Origin: Sedimentisphaerales bacterium
GTDB lineage: Bacteria > Planctomycetota > Phycisphaerae > Sedimentisphaerales > SM23-30
Strand: one strand, 5' to 3'
DNA: 64,000 nucleotides
Assembly: GCA_963666285.1 (NCBI GenBank)
Contig: OY762711.1
Numbering within the stretch: position 1 is the first letter of the stretch; each line of letters begins with the position of its first letter. The notes under the pieces are model-generated. The model made no database searches and was not told the DNA's origin. It saw nothing but the letters and a program-made list of their open reading frames with translations. Shown in pieces: positions 53,300-64,000 of this stretch. A program made the translations under genes and the position numbers.

Positions 53300-53533
53300 T
53301 TAAACTTTTTTCTTGGGCGGAACCATATCCGAAGTCTTTTCATAATCGATCTCGATCTTATCCTCTACAATCTCCTGGATAACTATCTCAACCATATTTT
53401 TGCCGCGAATATCGTCAACTAGCGGACGAGAACCATCGATGATTTCTCGCAACCGACGCTGGATTAATGCTGTTAAACGAAATTTGCCGCCTACCTTATT
53501 CACAATGTCATCACTTTTTAACGCTTCAATCAT
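53300..53533 (-). CDS. rpoZ: RNA polymerase omega subunit
   Basis: KVGGKFRLTALIQRR; located between gmk and coaC. Confidence 0.88.
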   Translation of the reverse strand: MIEALKSDDIVNKVGGKFRLTALIQRRLREIIDGSRPLVDDIRGKNMVEIVIQEIVEDKIEIDYEKTSDMVPPKKKV

Positions 53534-53587
53534 TTCTGTGTTTTCCTCACAAAATAATTACATATTATCTAAGTAATTTGCTCATTA

Positions 53588-54172
53588 CTATGCTATTTGA
53601 GTTACTATATTGACAATCTCTTTTTTAGCTGCCTCAAGATCATCATTTACAATTTCATTTCCATACCTACCGCTATGCCTGGCAGAATCAATTTCCCACC
53701 TTGCCTTCTCCAGTCTTTTCTGGATCACAATTTCACTGTCGCGTCCTCTGGTCTTCAGACGCTTTTCCAGTGCCTCTTCACTCGGAGGTATAATCAATAT
53801 TCCTTTCGCCTCAGGCATATTCTCAAATACCTGCAAGCCGCCCTGTACATCTATTTCCAGGATAACGGTTTTGCCTTCTGCCAATAATTTTTTTACCGGT
53901 TCGGCCGGGGTGCCATAATAGTTATCAAATACTACGGCATATTCCAGCAGTTCACCTTTTTCTATCTTTGATTTAAATTCGTCATGACTAATAAAGAAAT
54001 AATCTTTACCATCAATTTCTCCAGGACCAGGCTTTCGTGTTGTTGCTGAAATACTTAAAACAACATCTTCATTTGTATTTTTTAGCAGTGCCCTGGTAAG
54101 AGTCCCCTTCCCGGAGCCGCTTGGACCGCTTATAACAAATAACCTGCCTGCTTGTAACTGATCTTCATTCAT
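53588..54172 (-). CDS. gmk: Guanylate kinase
   Basis: GPSGSGKGT, SATTR, DGKDYFF, YYGT, EIDVQG. Confidence 0.97.
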   Translation of the reverse strand: MNEDQLQAGRLFVISGPSGSGKGTLTRALLKNTNEDVVLSISATTRKPGPGEIDGKDYFFISHDEFKSKIEKGELLEYAVVFDNYYGTPAEPVKKLLAEGKTVILEIDVQGGLQVFENMPEAKGILIIPPSEEALEKRLKTRGRDSEIVIQKRLEKARWEIDSARHSGRYGNEIVNDDLEAAKKEIVNIVTQIA

Positions 54173-54234
54173 ATATTTTGACGGCAGGAGCTTCCCCCTC
54201 CCATTTGTCTTCTTGTACTACTTTATATTTCAAT

Positions 54235-55122
54235 CTATTCGACGTTCTGAACTTGCTCTCTCAGGCGATCTATAGCCACTTTTATATCAACCACAAATTG
54301 GCTTATCTGAGCATTATTAGCTTTACTGGCAATAGTATTCGCTTCTCGCAGCATCTCCTGGGTCAAAAAGTCTAGCCTTCGCCCTACCTGCTCTTCATCA
54401 GTGCATATCTTGTCAAACTGTACCAGGTGAGCGTTCAGGCGGGATATCTCTTCGTTAATATCACATTTGTCCGCAAATACGGCAACTTCTCTCAAAAGAG
54501 TGTCTTCATCTACTTTAAGCTTTGCGCTTGCTAACAGCTCATTTACTCTGCTCTCAAGTTTATCTCGATATCGATTTACAACTTCGTGTGTCATTCCTTC
54601 AAGCTTATCGAGAGTAACTTTGATGAATTCGCAATTCTTTCTCAAATCATTGAGCAACGCCTGGCCTTCATGAACACGCATATCATTCAACTTTACCAGT
54701 GCCTGGCTAATCTGCTCAGCTAATATCTCCATGAACTGCTTATTTTCATCTTCACTGTAAACTTTAGGCTGGCAAACACCAGGGAGCATCAATAATCTGG
54801 CAAGATCCAGGTGCGGCTTGTCCATATTTGTACTGCGTGCAATCTCAAGCATATTGTCATAATAATGCATGGCTGCGGCATGATTGATGTCAGAAACATT
54901 AACTGTCCCGGAATCTTTCACATAAATATTGCAATACACCGAGCCGCGACAAACATTTGATTTGATAATCTTTTCCAGTTCTGTTTCAGCAAAAGATAAT
55001 ATATCCGGTAACTTGATTGATACTTTTAAGTACTTATTGTTTACTGTCTTGATCTCAACCATAAAGCTTAACTTCTCAGCTTCATACCTGGAATCTCCAA
55101 AACCAGTCATGCTCTTTAGCAT
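54235..55122 (-). CDS. yicC: YicC/YloC family endoribonuclease
   Basis: KSMTGFG, DINEEISRL, GRRLDFLTQEMLREANTIASK, REQVQNVE. Confidence 0.95.
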   Translation of the reverse strand: MLKSMTGFGDSRYEAEKLSFMVEIKTVNNKYLKVSIKLPDILSFAETELEKIIKSNVCRGSVYCNIYVKDSGTVNVSDINHAAAMHYYDNMLEIARSTNMDKPHLDLARLLMLPGVCQPKVYSEDENKQFMEILAEQISQALVKLNDMRVHEGQALLNDLRKNCEFIKVTLDKLEGMTHEVVNRYRDKLESRVNELLASAKLKVDEDTLLREVAVFADKCDINEEISRLNAHLVQFDKICTDEEQVGRRLDFLTQEMLREANTIASKANNAQISQFVVDIKVAIDRLREQVQNVE

Positions 55123-55306
55123 AAATAAATCCTTTTCTATCAATCCGGATAATAACTTTCAATTTAGACAGATATGGCTGTAAAAACTAAAAATTACACG
55201 GTTCTGTAAATCGAGAAATGACCAGTGACTAATTTCAAACAAAAAGTCACTGATCATTCGTAAGTTTTTTATAAAAAACGGAATTAACCGAGTTATATAT
55301 CAAATA

Positions 55307-55816
55307 TTATTCTGTTGTGGTGGTTTCTGCTTCTTTTGGAGTTTCTTCAGGAACTGGAACATCTGAAGTATCAGCTTTTTCCGCTCCCTCTTCAGCAGTT
55401 ACTGCACTATCAGATGCGGTTTCTTCAGCATCTGCCGCAGCGGCACCTGCCTTATCGCCGGCATCAGCTTCCGGTTTTGGTGCTTCCGCATCAACAGGCA
55501 TTGAAGTATCATTGCTCTTTATGCCGGCACCCTGCTGAATGTCTTCGTCAAGACTGGCAGGCTTATAGCCCAGAGATAATGATATAGCTATAAGGAAAAA
55601 TGCAACTACAATTACAATTGTTACCCAGGTAAATACATCACCTGTCTTGCTGCCAAAAGCAGACTGGCCGCCTTCACCGCCAAATGCTGCTGCCAAACCG
55701 CCACCACGGCCCTTTTGCAACAGAACCAGGGCAATTAATATCAGACAAACCGCAACAAATAAAATGCCAAGGGCACTTGCCCACCAAGATACAGCACACA
55801 ACATAGTTGCAAACAT
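55307..55816 (-). CDS. secG: Preprotein translocase SecG with acidic C-terminal tail
   Basis: VLLQKGRGGGLAAAFGG..SAFG; two TM helices; downstream of tpiA. Confidence 0.92.
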   Translation of the reverse strand: MFATMLCAVSWWASALGILFVAVCLILIALVLLQKGRGGGLAAAFGGEGGQSAFGSKTGDVFTWVTIVIVVAFFLIAISLSLGYKPASLDEDIQQGAGIKSNDTSMPVDAEAPKPEADAGDKAGAAAADAEETASDSAVTAEEGAEKADTSDVPVPEETPKEAETTTTE

Positions 55817-55971
55817 ATTATACTCCAAAAACAAAAACAGTTATTATTACACCAAGTGTAAACTTGTTTATTAAATTGTCACAATAATATCTATAATTTT
55901 GAATTTTCTTCAAAAAATCAAAAATAAACACCAATGCTTATATAAAATGCCATTTTCAGGAATAATGCAGT

Positions 55972-56775
55972 TTATTTGCAAGCACAACCACAGGAACAAC
56001 CGTTACCAGGATTGATTCCGCCCTGAATAATATTCATAAAGTCTGTTGATTTCAGTGAAGCACCGCCAACCAGAGCTCCGTCAACATCCGGCTGTGACAT
56101 TAGTTCAGCGGCATTGTCAGGCTTTACGCTTCCGCCATACTGAATTCTAACCGCAGCAGCAACATCAGCATTAAACATATCAGCAATAACACCACGACAG
56201 AAGACATGAGCTTCCTGGGCCTGTTCGGTAGTAGCTGTTACGCCTGTTCCAATCGCCCAAACCGGCTCATAAGCTATTGTGATATTCGCCATCTGCTCAG
56301 CAGTAATACCGGCCAGACCTTCGCGAATCTGCTCATTCAAAACTGCATCCATCTTGCCGCCTTCACGTTCTTCCAGCAGCTCGCCTATACAAAATACAAC
56401 ATCAAGACCACCAGCCAAAGCTGCCTTGATCTTCTTATTTAGAATCTCATGCGTTTCGCCGATAACATGGCGACGTTCGCTATGACCGACAAGAACGAAG
56501 TCACAACCAACATCTTTAAGCATCTGAACACTGATTTCGCCAGTGAAAGCGCCGTTACCTTCGTAAAATACGTCCTGGGCTCCCAGCATAACCGGGCTGT
56601 CGCCAAGGGCTTCTTTTACTGCTGCCAGGTAAACAAATGGAGGACAAACAGCTACGTCAACCCCGGCTTTATCCTGACAACCACCAAATTTCTGAGCCAG
56701 TTCAGATGCCAGAGTTTTTGCACCAGCGGCATCCAAATTCATTTTCCAGTTACCAGCAACATAATTCTTACGCAT
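55972..56775 (-). CDS. tpiA: Triosephosphate isomerase
   Basis: AGNWKMN, GHSERR, AYEPVWAIGTG, YGGSV, LVGGASL. Confidence 0.98.
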   Translation of the reverse strand: MRKNYVAGNWKMNLDAAGAKTLASELAQKFGGCQDKAGVDVAVCPPFVYLAAVKEALGDSPVMLGAQDVFYEGNGAFTGEISVQMLKDVGCDFVLVGHSERRHVIGETHEILNKKIKAALAGGLDVVFCIGELLEEREGGKMDAVLNEQIREGLAGITAEQMANITIAYEPVWAIGTGVTATTEQAQEAHVFCRGVIADMFNADVAAAVRIQYGGSVKPDNAAELMSQPDVDGALVGGASLKSTDFMNIIQGGINPGNGCSCGCACK

Positions 56776-57040
56776 ATCTAACTCCTGCAATTATCATAAG
56801 TTCGCTCTCTATAAATATTTACACAAAACCGGGACATACAGTCGCGATTTAAGTCCCACATTTTATCAGCAAACATGTATTAATGCAAGATTTATTCCAT
56901 TTTTTAGGCCGGTAAAATGAAAATAATTGCTGTAAAGGCAATGAGATACAGCACTAACGGCTATGTTGGAAAAACGAGGCAAAAATAGCCCAAAAATCTA
57001 AATAACTGGTAGAAAAGACGTAAGGGAAATGTTAAAATAG

Positions 57041-57721
57041 TTAAATTATAGGAAATATGATGAATATGGTGATATCCCAGAGTGCATGCGAGATGATGCA
57101 GGGCCAGAGGCTTCGTGTCATGGCGAAGAGCAGCCCCCAGAAACCGCCGCATAACGCCGAGGCCGCGACCAGCATGAGGTTCATGGACGGAAGGTGCACG
57201 AAGGTGTAAAGAGCCGCGGCCACAAGAAACCCCATAACGGCACCTCGAAACCATATAGCGGCGAGCTGAAAAGCGGTAACGGAACCCTGAAACCATGGCG
57301 CGGCGCCCCACCGGTTGCTCAGTCGATACTGCACGAACCCTCGCCAGAAAATTTCTTCGGCAGGCCCAATTATGCAAAATAAAAGAGTTAGGATCACCCA
57401 CGGATTCTGGGCAGCCCTGATATCATAAATCGAATTTACCTGCGAATCTGCAAAAGGCAGGATGCGAATCGCCAAAAAATGACCGATCCAAAATACCAGA
57501 TACAGAGCGGCGGCTGAGATTATGCCGACCGGAATATGCCAGAGTTTGAAGGCATAAATTTCCTTGAGTTCTTTTCGACCGACGATCAATGAAGAAACTC
57601 CAAGCAAAGCAGTCGTACCAACCATCATCGGCCAGAACGGAACATGCGACTTGGTAAGCGGGCAGAACATTAGAAAGAAACATACTGCCGCAATTGAACA
57701 AAGAAAAATAACAGCTCTCAC
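57041..57721 (-). CDS. CPBP/Abi-family intramembrane glutamic endopeptidase
   Basis: EEIFWRG, FVH, SHALWD motifs; GTGA overlap with the menA-like stop. Confidence 0.88.
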   Translation of the reverse strand: MRAVIFLCSIAAVCFFLMFCPLTKSHVPFWPMMVGTTALLGVSSLIVGRKELKEIYAFKLWHIPVGIISAAALYLVFWIGHFLAIRILPFADSQVNSIYDIRAAQNPWVILTLLFCIIGPAEEIFWRGFVQYRLSNRWGAAPWFQGSVTAFQLAAIWFRGAVMGFLVAAALYTFVHLPSMNLMLVAASALCGGFWGLLFAMTRSLWPCIISHALWDITIFIIFPII

Positions 57722-58635
57722 AGAAACGCTCCCAGTAGAATCGAGATAACCAGCAGAATACTGAACGGCAGATGCAGCTGCGCGGTCTGCACATCAAGAG
57801 TAGCGATGTTTTCGGGATGGTTGACATCGCTGGTCAGGGCAAGTTTGATATTTTTGACTGCCAGCGGGATAGTAACCAGAACGATAAGCGACCATGCCGG
57901 GAGTATACCGGTGAGGATAAGCGGCGGAACCGCTGCATAGGCCCCTATCAGCAGCGAGATATATTCGATACGAGCGATACCATGGCCGAGGACGGTGGCG
58001 GTACTGCGTATGCCTGCCTGGGTATCGTGCATGATATCGCGGAGATTGTTGGCTGTTAGGATGGCAGTTACCAGGAACCCGATACCAAGCGAGGTCCAAA
58101 GCACTTCGAGGCGGAATGTGCCGGTGAGTACGTAGAAGCTGCCGATGACCATAAGCGGGCCCATAAGAATAAATACGCCCAGGTCGCCGAGTCCGAGGTA
58201 TTTGAAGCCGACGGGATAGCCGGTATAGAAGAACCCGCCAAAGAGGCCGATAAGGCCTAGCAACAGGATCGGCCAGCCATGGACATAGATGAATACCAGG
58301 CCGATAGCGGCGGAAAGAGCAAATAGTGCCATGCCGACGAGCAGGACTTTATAGGGCAGCAGATGGCCCTCTACCAGGATACGGCTGGAGCCGTAGGTTT
58401 CGGGGCGGTCGACACCATTTCGCAGGTCGAAATATTCACTAACCATATTTGTGCCGGCGTGCATCGCAAATGAAGCTATGATAATCAGCGGGAGAAGTAC
58501 CCATCGTGCCGGGAGACTGTAGTATGGCACTAATGCGGCACCGAGTATGACTGGCATAATGGATGCGGTAAAGGAAAACGGCCGTGCGGCCAGTATCCAG
58601 TATTTGAGTGAGGTACATTTTTTTGATTTTGTCAT
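57718..58635 (-). CDS. menA: UbiA-family prenyltransferase (MenA-like)
   Basis: AARP, EYFDLRNGVD, KYLGLGD, ANNLRDIMHD. Confidence 0.82.
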   Translation of the reverse strand: MTKSKKCTSLKYWILAARPFSFTASIMPVILGAALVPYYSLPARWVLLPLIIIASFAMHAGTNMVSEYFDLRNGVDRPETYGSSRILVEGHLLPYKVLLVGMALFALSAAIGLVFIYVHGWPILLLGLIGLFGGFFYTGYPVGFKYLGLGDLGVFILMGPLMVIGSFYVLTGTFRLEVLWTSLGIGFLVTAILTANNLRDIMHDTQAGIRSTATVLGHGIARIEYISLLIGAYAAVPPLILTGILPAWSLIVLVTIPLAVKNIKLALTSDVNHPENIATLDVQTAQLHLPFSILLVISILLGAFL

Positions 58636-58884
58636 AAATCAGGTATTTGGTATTAGGTTTTAGGGAAGATATCGCCTAAAGGCGCATCCTGTTTTTTAAT
58701 TTCAATACTAAATTACACTTAATATTATACTATGTATTGTATGGTTGGAGTCAAGTATAACTTAAGACGATCACCTAAGAAAGGTATTTAGCGTTGGGTA
58801 CTGGTAAATGTATCATCTAGCGGCGAGCTAAAAAGGCTTTACCACTAATGAACGCGAAAGTTACAGATTGTATTATCGGAGGCT

Positions 58885-61800
58885 TTATTTTGCTTCAAAA
58901 ATTCTAATGTTATCAATCCAGGCAACATCGCTACCCTCGCTAATAGAAACATCTTTGGAATATGTCCACGTAAAAGTATGGATGCCGCTGCTCACAGGAT
59001 AATCGACATTCTGCCAATCAAGTTCGCCAGACCACTGATCCAGCTTGACACCATCGATATAAAAACTTAAAGTATCCCAAATAGCTTCCGATGATACTTT
59101 ACAGTTAAAACTAACAGTATCACAATCATCCGTATTTACAGTTATTTCAATTGAACTAGTCTGACTATCTGCGATTACACCACTTTGAGCAGCGTAACCT
59201 TCCTGGTAAGCAACCTGATTTTGAGCGAACCAGTCAGTATTACCATAAAAATTAAAACCATAAGAGCAGGCAGAGCCCGTTTCAAAATCAGCTTCAAAAC
59301 CTTTATCAACAGAGACATCCTGCAACCATTGGTCTACAAATATATTTAGATCATTTAAATCAATACTGCCGTCATTAGAATAGTCTACATCAGAACATAC
59401 CTGACAATCACATTCATTCAACCAGTAATTTGCCAATAATGAAAAATCAACCAAATCTACTTTATTTACTACATGTAAGCTAATGACCAGATATTGTTCT
59501 TGATTACTATATGTCCGTATTGGCATCAGGTAGATATAATTACCAACAGTCAAACCTGAAGAATCTAAAACAATCTCAACCGGATCACACTCACCAAAAG
59601 ATGTAAAACTACCAAACTGTGGAGTAACAGAAGATATCCAAGGGCAAGAATCAATATCTGTAACCTTCCAAGCAAAATCATCATCTGAAAGAGAATACAA
59701 ATCAATATTGACCACACCTGACTGATTTGGGTATAGATAGATTTCTGCAACACCTTTAATGTATACACCATGCTGCCATAAAAGTTTTGGATAATCATCG
59801 TTGATGATTATCCATTTTGAGTCTTCTGCCTCATTTATAGACCAATTAGAGCTTGAATATGTATAAAGAGACACCATTACACTTGTTGTTTTCCCATCAG
59901 CCCCATCACTAGTATCACAGCCAGAAGTATCTATATCCCAAAAGCAATCGAGAATTTCTGACCTGTTTTTGCCACAGAATCCTCCAACGTAGTTAAAACT
60001 AGTACCAGAAACAACCTGACCAGTAGAATAACTTGTTTCAATTGTTCCGATATAATTTTCACCACACAAGCCAGCAATATACGCTGAGTTGTCACCACTG
60101 GAGACATTGCCAGAAGAATAACAATCATATATCAACCCTTCGTTATTATCTCCGCAAAGACCGCCAATACGTTTAGAATTTGAACCGGCAGTAACAACTC
60201 CATTTGAGTAACAACCGCTGATCTCAGACCATTCATTATAACCGCATAAACCACCGATAGAAGCGGCATAGTCACTACCAACAATATTTCCAAGGTTATA
60301 GCTATTTTCAATCGTACTGTCACTATTTATGCCACAAAGACCACCAACACTATTTGTGCCGGAAACAGTTCCCAAGAAATGTGAATTTGAGATAGTACCA
60401 TTAGCATTTTCGCCGACAAGTCCGCCAACTGGAACGGAGTTAATTGCTCCAGTTACAATAGCTGATGACTGGCAATAGTCTATCTGGCCATTATTGTTTA
60501 TGCCACAAAGGCCGCCAATATGATCTGCACCATATGAGCTGGTAACAGAACCGGATGTACTGCAATTGCTGATAACGGCGTTGTTTTCACCGGCAAGGAT
60601 GCCGATATAATATGCACGTATACCTGAGATAACGTTTGCGTTTTCGATAGTGAGGTTATTGACCTGGGCAGAGAAACCGAGTTTGCCAAAGAGGCCGATA
60701 TAATCGTCCTCATTTTTTGATGAATTGATAGTAAGGTTAGATATTTTATGGCCAGTGCCATTAAATATACCGCTATAGGCTGTTCCCTGGTAGAATACCT
60801 TGTTAGATGTATCACGAGCAATAACAGCAGAAGGGTATGTACTTCTGCCGGGGTTGGCTGGGTCCAGGTCGAGATCGGTTGTCAGCTTGACATAGACACT
60901 TTCTGCCCAATAGTCTTTATTAAATACAAACGAATCAAACTCATGCAGGCTCGTGATAAGATATGGTTCTGATTCGCTGCCATTACCGGATAAATCAGCT
61001 GGAGGACCTAAAGAAACGACAAGATCAACTTGTGTACCAGCTAATACGTTGGTTAACACATCTGACTTGTGACTTATAATATGCCCTTCCGGGATGGAAT
61101 CTGAGATAGAATACTGGACGTCTCCAACCTGAAGATCGGCTTCAGTAATCAGGCTTTCGGCATCCTCTAATGTAACACCAACAAAATATGCAACAGAGAC
61201 TATATCTGACAAGTCGGAAAGAACCGGATATTCACCCATAAACCATGGAGCTTGAGGACTCTCATTAGAAATAAAATCCCAGCCGCAATTAACGAATGTT
61301 TGTTTCTCCTGCATCTGACCAGCGGTTTTGCCTATGATTAACTGGGAGTACAAGTTATTATAGTCATACTCATTACACCCATAAGATAGCCCAGATGTTT
61401 CAGTGTCCCAAAAACAAGACAGGATATCAACTCCATCGATATAGCCGATAAGCCCTCCAGTATAATTGTAACCCGAAACATCACCTCTCGAATAGCAATA
61501 GAAAATTGTGCCGTCAGAAGCAAGGCCAACAAGTCCACCAACTTCCTTTCCAGCAAATACATCACCGGCAGCATAGCAATTTTGAATGGTACCGGCAGAA
61601 CTCCCGCATAATCCGCCAGCGGTTTTTTCTGCGTTAACACTTCCAGCAGCAAAACTTTTTTTGATATTGCCGTTATCTATACCGCATAGCCCACCGGCAT
61701 TTTGCCCTGCTTCAACATTACCAGTAGCATAGCAGCTGATAACACTTCCGCTATTATTGCCACACAAACCTCCAATGTAATTTGTGCCTGCAACATTACC

Positions 61801-63882
61801 TGTAGCATAACAGCTGGTAATATTGCCACTTCTAACATAACCAACCAAACTGCCAACATTTTCAAAACCACTGACAGAGCCACTTGAATAGCTATTTAGG
61901 ATAATGCTATCATCAACATATCCTACCAAACCACCAACGTAATTATTACCTGCAACACCTACATCTGCATAACAATTGTCAATTGTAGTAGAAAAACTAC
62001 TACCCACCAGTCCACCAACACTCATCCCCAAAGATGATACATTCCCTAAAGCGAAACAGTTTTTTATTGTTGTGGAATTTGAACTGCCTGCAAGAATGCC
62101 TGCATTGTAACCCTCTTTATTATTCACAACTGAGCAGTTAAGCAAACCAAGATTGTCAATTTCAGCTTCTTCAACCCGGAAAAAAAATCCAACTGGCTCA
62201 GAATAGTCATCATCAGCACCAACCTCAATCTGCATATTTTTGATTACATGGCCATTACCATCAAAAGAACCATAAAAATATGAAATTAGTGAATGGTTAT
62301 AGACTATTCCTGCCAGATCAATATCGCAATCAAGCCGCGTGTGTGTTCGGTAGGCTCTGTAATAATCGGAAAATTGCACATCACAGAAAGATTCAAAATC
62401 GGTCATATCATCGATAACAAACGGATCAGATTCTGTGCCCGTGCCGGGTAAAGGAAACGAGAGACCAATCGATATAACAGTACCTTGTGTAAGCGTTGAT
62501 CCGGCAGGGATTGACTGGCTGATAATGGTATCGCCAAGTATAGCAAAGTCAAAATTATATGTAATATTGCCAAGGATAAGTCCGGAAGCAGAAATAGCTT
62601 CTTCGGCCTGGGCTCTTGAAAGGCCTGTCAGATCTGGAACTACTACTGCCCCTCCAGTATCCCAGTCAAAAGCGGGATAGCCATTCATACGCCAAATATC
62701 TTCTGTGCCGTTATCAGTTTCACCGACAAAGTCCCATCCGGCAGCTAAAAATGTGTTCACATCCTGCATCTGGCTAGTTGGCAGGCCAATACCAACCTGG
62801 GATGAATCTGCATCTATTCCAGATGTTTGGGTGTCCCAGAAACAGTTGCTGACAATTCCTCCCCGATAAAAACCACAAAGACCAGCTACAAGATGTCCAC
62901 CTGTAACATCACTTGTAGAAAAGCAATTAACGATTGTACCTTCGCTTTCACCCACTAAACCACCAACATCACCTAATGCCACCACTGAGCCCGAAGAATA
63001 ACACTGAGATATATTACCTTGTTTATTATCACCTACCAAACCTCCAACTTTATATGAACCAGTTACTGCAGAAGTTGAATATGAGCTAGAAATATTTGTG
63101 TCGTTATATCCAACCAGGCCACCTATCTGTTCGCCATTACTTGTTACGCTTCCAGATGAATAACAATCCGATATTTCACTATTTTGGTAATGATAGGCGA
63201 CCAGCCCGCCAGAACAATAATTAGAACTGGAAACGGTTGCAGAAGCATATGAATTTGAAACATTAGAACCACCTGCAGTACAGCCAATCAAACCACCAAT
63301 CAGCTCTAAGCCAGAGATAATGCCAACAGCTTTGCAATTTGTGATATCAGAACTATTTGCAACACCAACAAGTAGGCCAATTTCAACGCCTCCAACAATA
63401 CTTCCCCTAACCGAGCAATTTGTTATTTGTCCCGAGTAACTAGTGCCGCACAGTCCTCCTAAGTGAGATATCCTTTCATTTCCATCAATTGTGATATTAT
63501 CAAGGGCAAGGTTAATCACTTTCGAACTTATTCCATATCTACCAACGGAGCCAAAGAATCCAATATTGCTGCTGACAGAAACATCGTTAACGATCGTAAT
63601 GTTACTAATGGTATAACCATTGCCATCAAAAGAGCCGTTTAAGCCCGGAAAGACATAATTGCTAAAGGTTTTGCCTGTCAGGTCAAGGTTGGTGGTGAGT
63701 TTGAGATACTGATCACAATCGAATTGGCCGTAATTGGCAACAAGATAGTCGAAATCGGCAAGATCTTCGATGAGGTATGGGTCGGTTTCGGTACCTGTGC
63801 CGGGAATGATGCCATTGGCGGCATTAAGTATTGCGGACAGGCAAAGACATAAAAACACGATAAAAAGACCAGATTTTTTCAT
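58885..63882 (-). CDS. Large secreted GLUG-repeat protein with PASTA-like and dockerin/EF-hand-like domains
   Basis: Signal peptide; three G.GT..DPY...GGLVG/GGLCG repeat blocks; PASTA-like VPDLTGLSRAQAE; DYSNDGSIDLNDL..F...WL. Confidence 0.85.
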   Translation of the reverse strand: MKKSGLFIVFLCLCLSAILNAANGIIPGTGTETDPYLIEDLADFDYLVANYGQFDCDQYLKLTTNLDLTGKTFSNYVFPGLNGSFDGNGYTISNITIVNDVSVSSNIGFFGSVGRYGISSKVINLALDNITIDGNERISHLGGLCGTSYSGQITNCSVRGSIVGGVEIGLLVGVANSSDITNCKAVGIISGLELIGGLIGCTAGGSNVSNSYASATVSSSNYCSGGLVAYHYQNSEISDCYSSGSVTSNGEQIGGLVGYNDTNISSSYSTSAVTGSYKVGGLVGDNKQGNISQCYSSGSVVALGDVGGLVGESEGTIVNCFSTSDVTGGHLVAGLCGFYRGGIVSNCFWDTQTSGIDADSSQVGIGLPTSQMQDVNTFLAAGWDFVGETDNGTEDIWRMNGYPAFDWDTGGAVVVPDLTGLSRAQAEEAISASGLILGNITYNFDFAILGDTIISQSIPAGSTLTQGTVISIGLSFPLPGTGTESDPFVIDDMTDFESFCDVQFSDYYRAYRTHTRLDCDIDLAGIVYNHSLISYFYGSFDGNGHVIKNMQIEVGADDDYSEPVGFFFRVEEAEIDNLGLLNCSVVNNKEGYNAGILAGSSNSTTIKNCFALGNVSSLGMSVGGLVGSSFSTTIDNCYADVGVAGNNYVGGLVGYVDDSIILNSYSSGSVSGFENVGSLVGYVRSGNITSCYATGNVAGTNYIGGLCGNNSGSVISCYATGNVEAGQNAGGLCGIDNGNIKKSFAAGSVNAEKTAGGLCGSSAGTIQNCYAAGDVFAGKEVGGLVGLASDGTIFYCYSRGDVSGYNYTGGLIGYIDGVDILSCFWDTETSGLSYGCNEYDYNNLYSQLIIGKTAGQMQEKQTFVNCGWDFISNESPQAPWFMGEYPVLSDLSDIVSVAYFVGVTLEDAESLITEADLQVGDVQYSISDSIPEGHIISHKSDVLTNVLAGTQVDLVVSLGPPADLSGNGSESEPYLITSLHEFDSFVFNKDYWAESVYVKLTTDLDLDPANPGRSTYPSAVIARDTSNKVFYQGTAYSGIFNGTGHKISNLTINSSKNEDDYIGLFGKLGFSAQVNNLTIENANVISGIRAYYIGILAGENNAVISNCSTSGSVTSSYGADHIGGLCGINNNGQIDYCQSSAIVTGAINSVPVGGLVGENANGTISNSHFLGTVSGTNSVGGLCGINSDSTIENSYNLGNIVGSDYAASIGGLCGYNEWSEISGCYSNGVVTAGSNSKRIGGLCGDNNEGLIYDCYSSGNVSSGDNSAYIAGLCGENYIGTIETSYSTGQVVSGTSFNYVGGFCGKNRSEILDCFWDIDTSGCDTSDGADGKTTSVMVSLYTYSSSNWSINEAEDSKWIIINDDYPKLLWQHGVYIKGVAEIYLYPNQSGVVNIDLYSLSDDDFAWKVTDIDSCPWISSVTPQFGSFTSFGECDPVEIVLDSSGLTVGNYIYLMPIRTYSNQEQYLVISLHVVNKVDLVDFSLLANYWLNECDCQVCSDVDYSNDGSIDLNDLNIFVDQWLQDVSVDKGFEADFETGSACSYGFNFYGNTDWFAQNQVAYQEGYAAQSGVIADSQTSSIEITVNTDDCDTVSFNCKVSSEAIWDTLSFYIDGVKLDQWSGELDWQNVDYPVSSGIHTFTWTYSKDVSISEGSDVAWIDNIRIFEAK

Positions 63883-64000
63883 AAACTCTTTTCCGGTAAC
63901 AATAAGGCGGACAGTCAGCAGCTAAAGCGGCACTACTGCCCTATCAATTTTAAGTTATTATAATAAAGTAACTTATCGCAGAAATGAGATTTATAGAATC

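Noticed and set aside
59900..63600. CRISPR array or DGR repeats
   Set aside because: The periodicity comes from degenerate GLUG protein repeats; there are no identical DNA repeats with spacers and no RT or cas genes in the window

Overview
AT-rich bacterial chromosome window, most likely a Planctomycetota (Phycisphaerae/Sedimentisphaerales-like) genome. That assignment is an inference from the GLUG/PASTA/dockerin-like giant protein, the Tat sulfatase, the split coaBC and the gene orders. Housekeeping blocks: rpmF-plsX-fabH-fabD-fabG-acpP-fabF-tRNA-Leu; tpiA-secG-yicC-gmk-rpoZ-coaC-ilvD; bamA-hflX; tadA; tRNA-His. Accessory loci: sigma54 two-component genes, three tandem HD-GYP/PilZ genes with sigma28-type promoters, a Gld-type ABC transporter with gspF/gspG, and a carbohydrate-degradation cluster. 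The standout signal is two apparently identical 719-nt RT-less group II introns (14865-15583 and 17820-18538, minus strand). Each sits exactly after SD...ATGA of a different secreted-enzyme gene. Their putative EBS1 and EBS2 are complementary to the start codon and to the Shine-Dalgarno sequence. The intron is stop-free in the host ATG frame until domain VI, which carries its own SD plus an in-frame ATG. The element therefore appears to target translation-initiation sites and to preserve host gene expression whether or not it splices. Also present: a 161-bp hairpin MITE (2 copies), two other dispersed repeats, an unassigned ~200-nt structured RNA candidate, and a histidine kinase that needs a non-canonical start codon.
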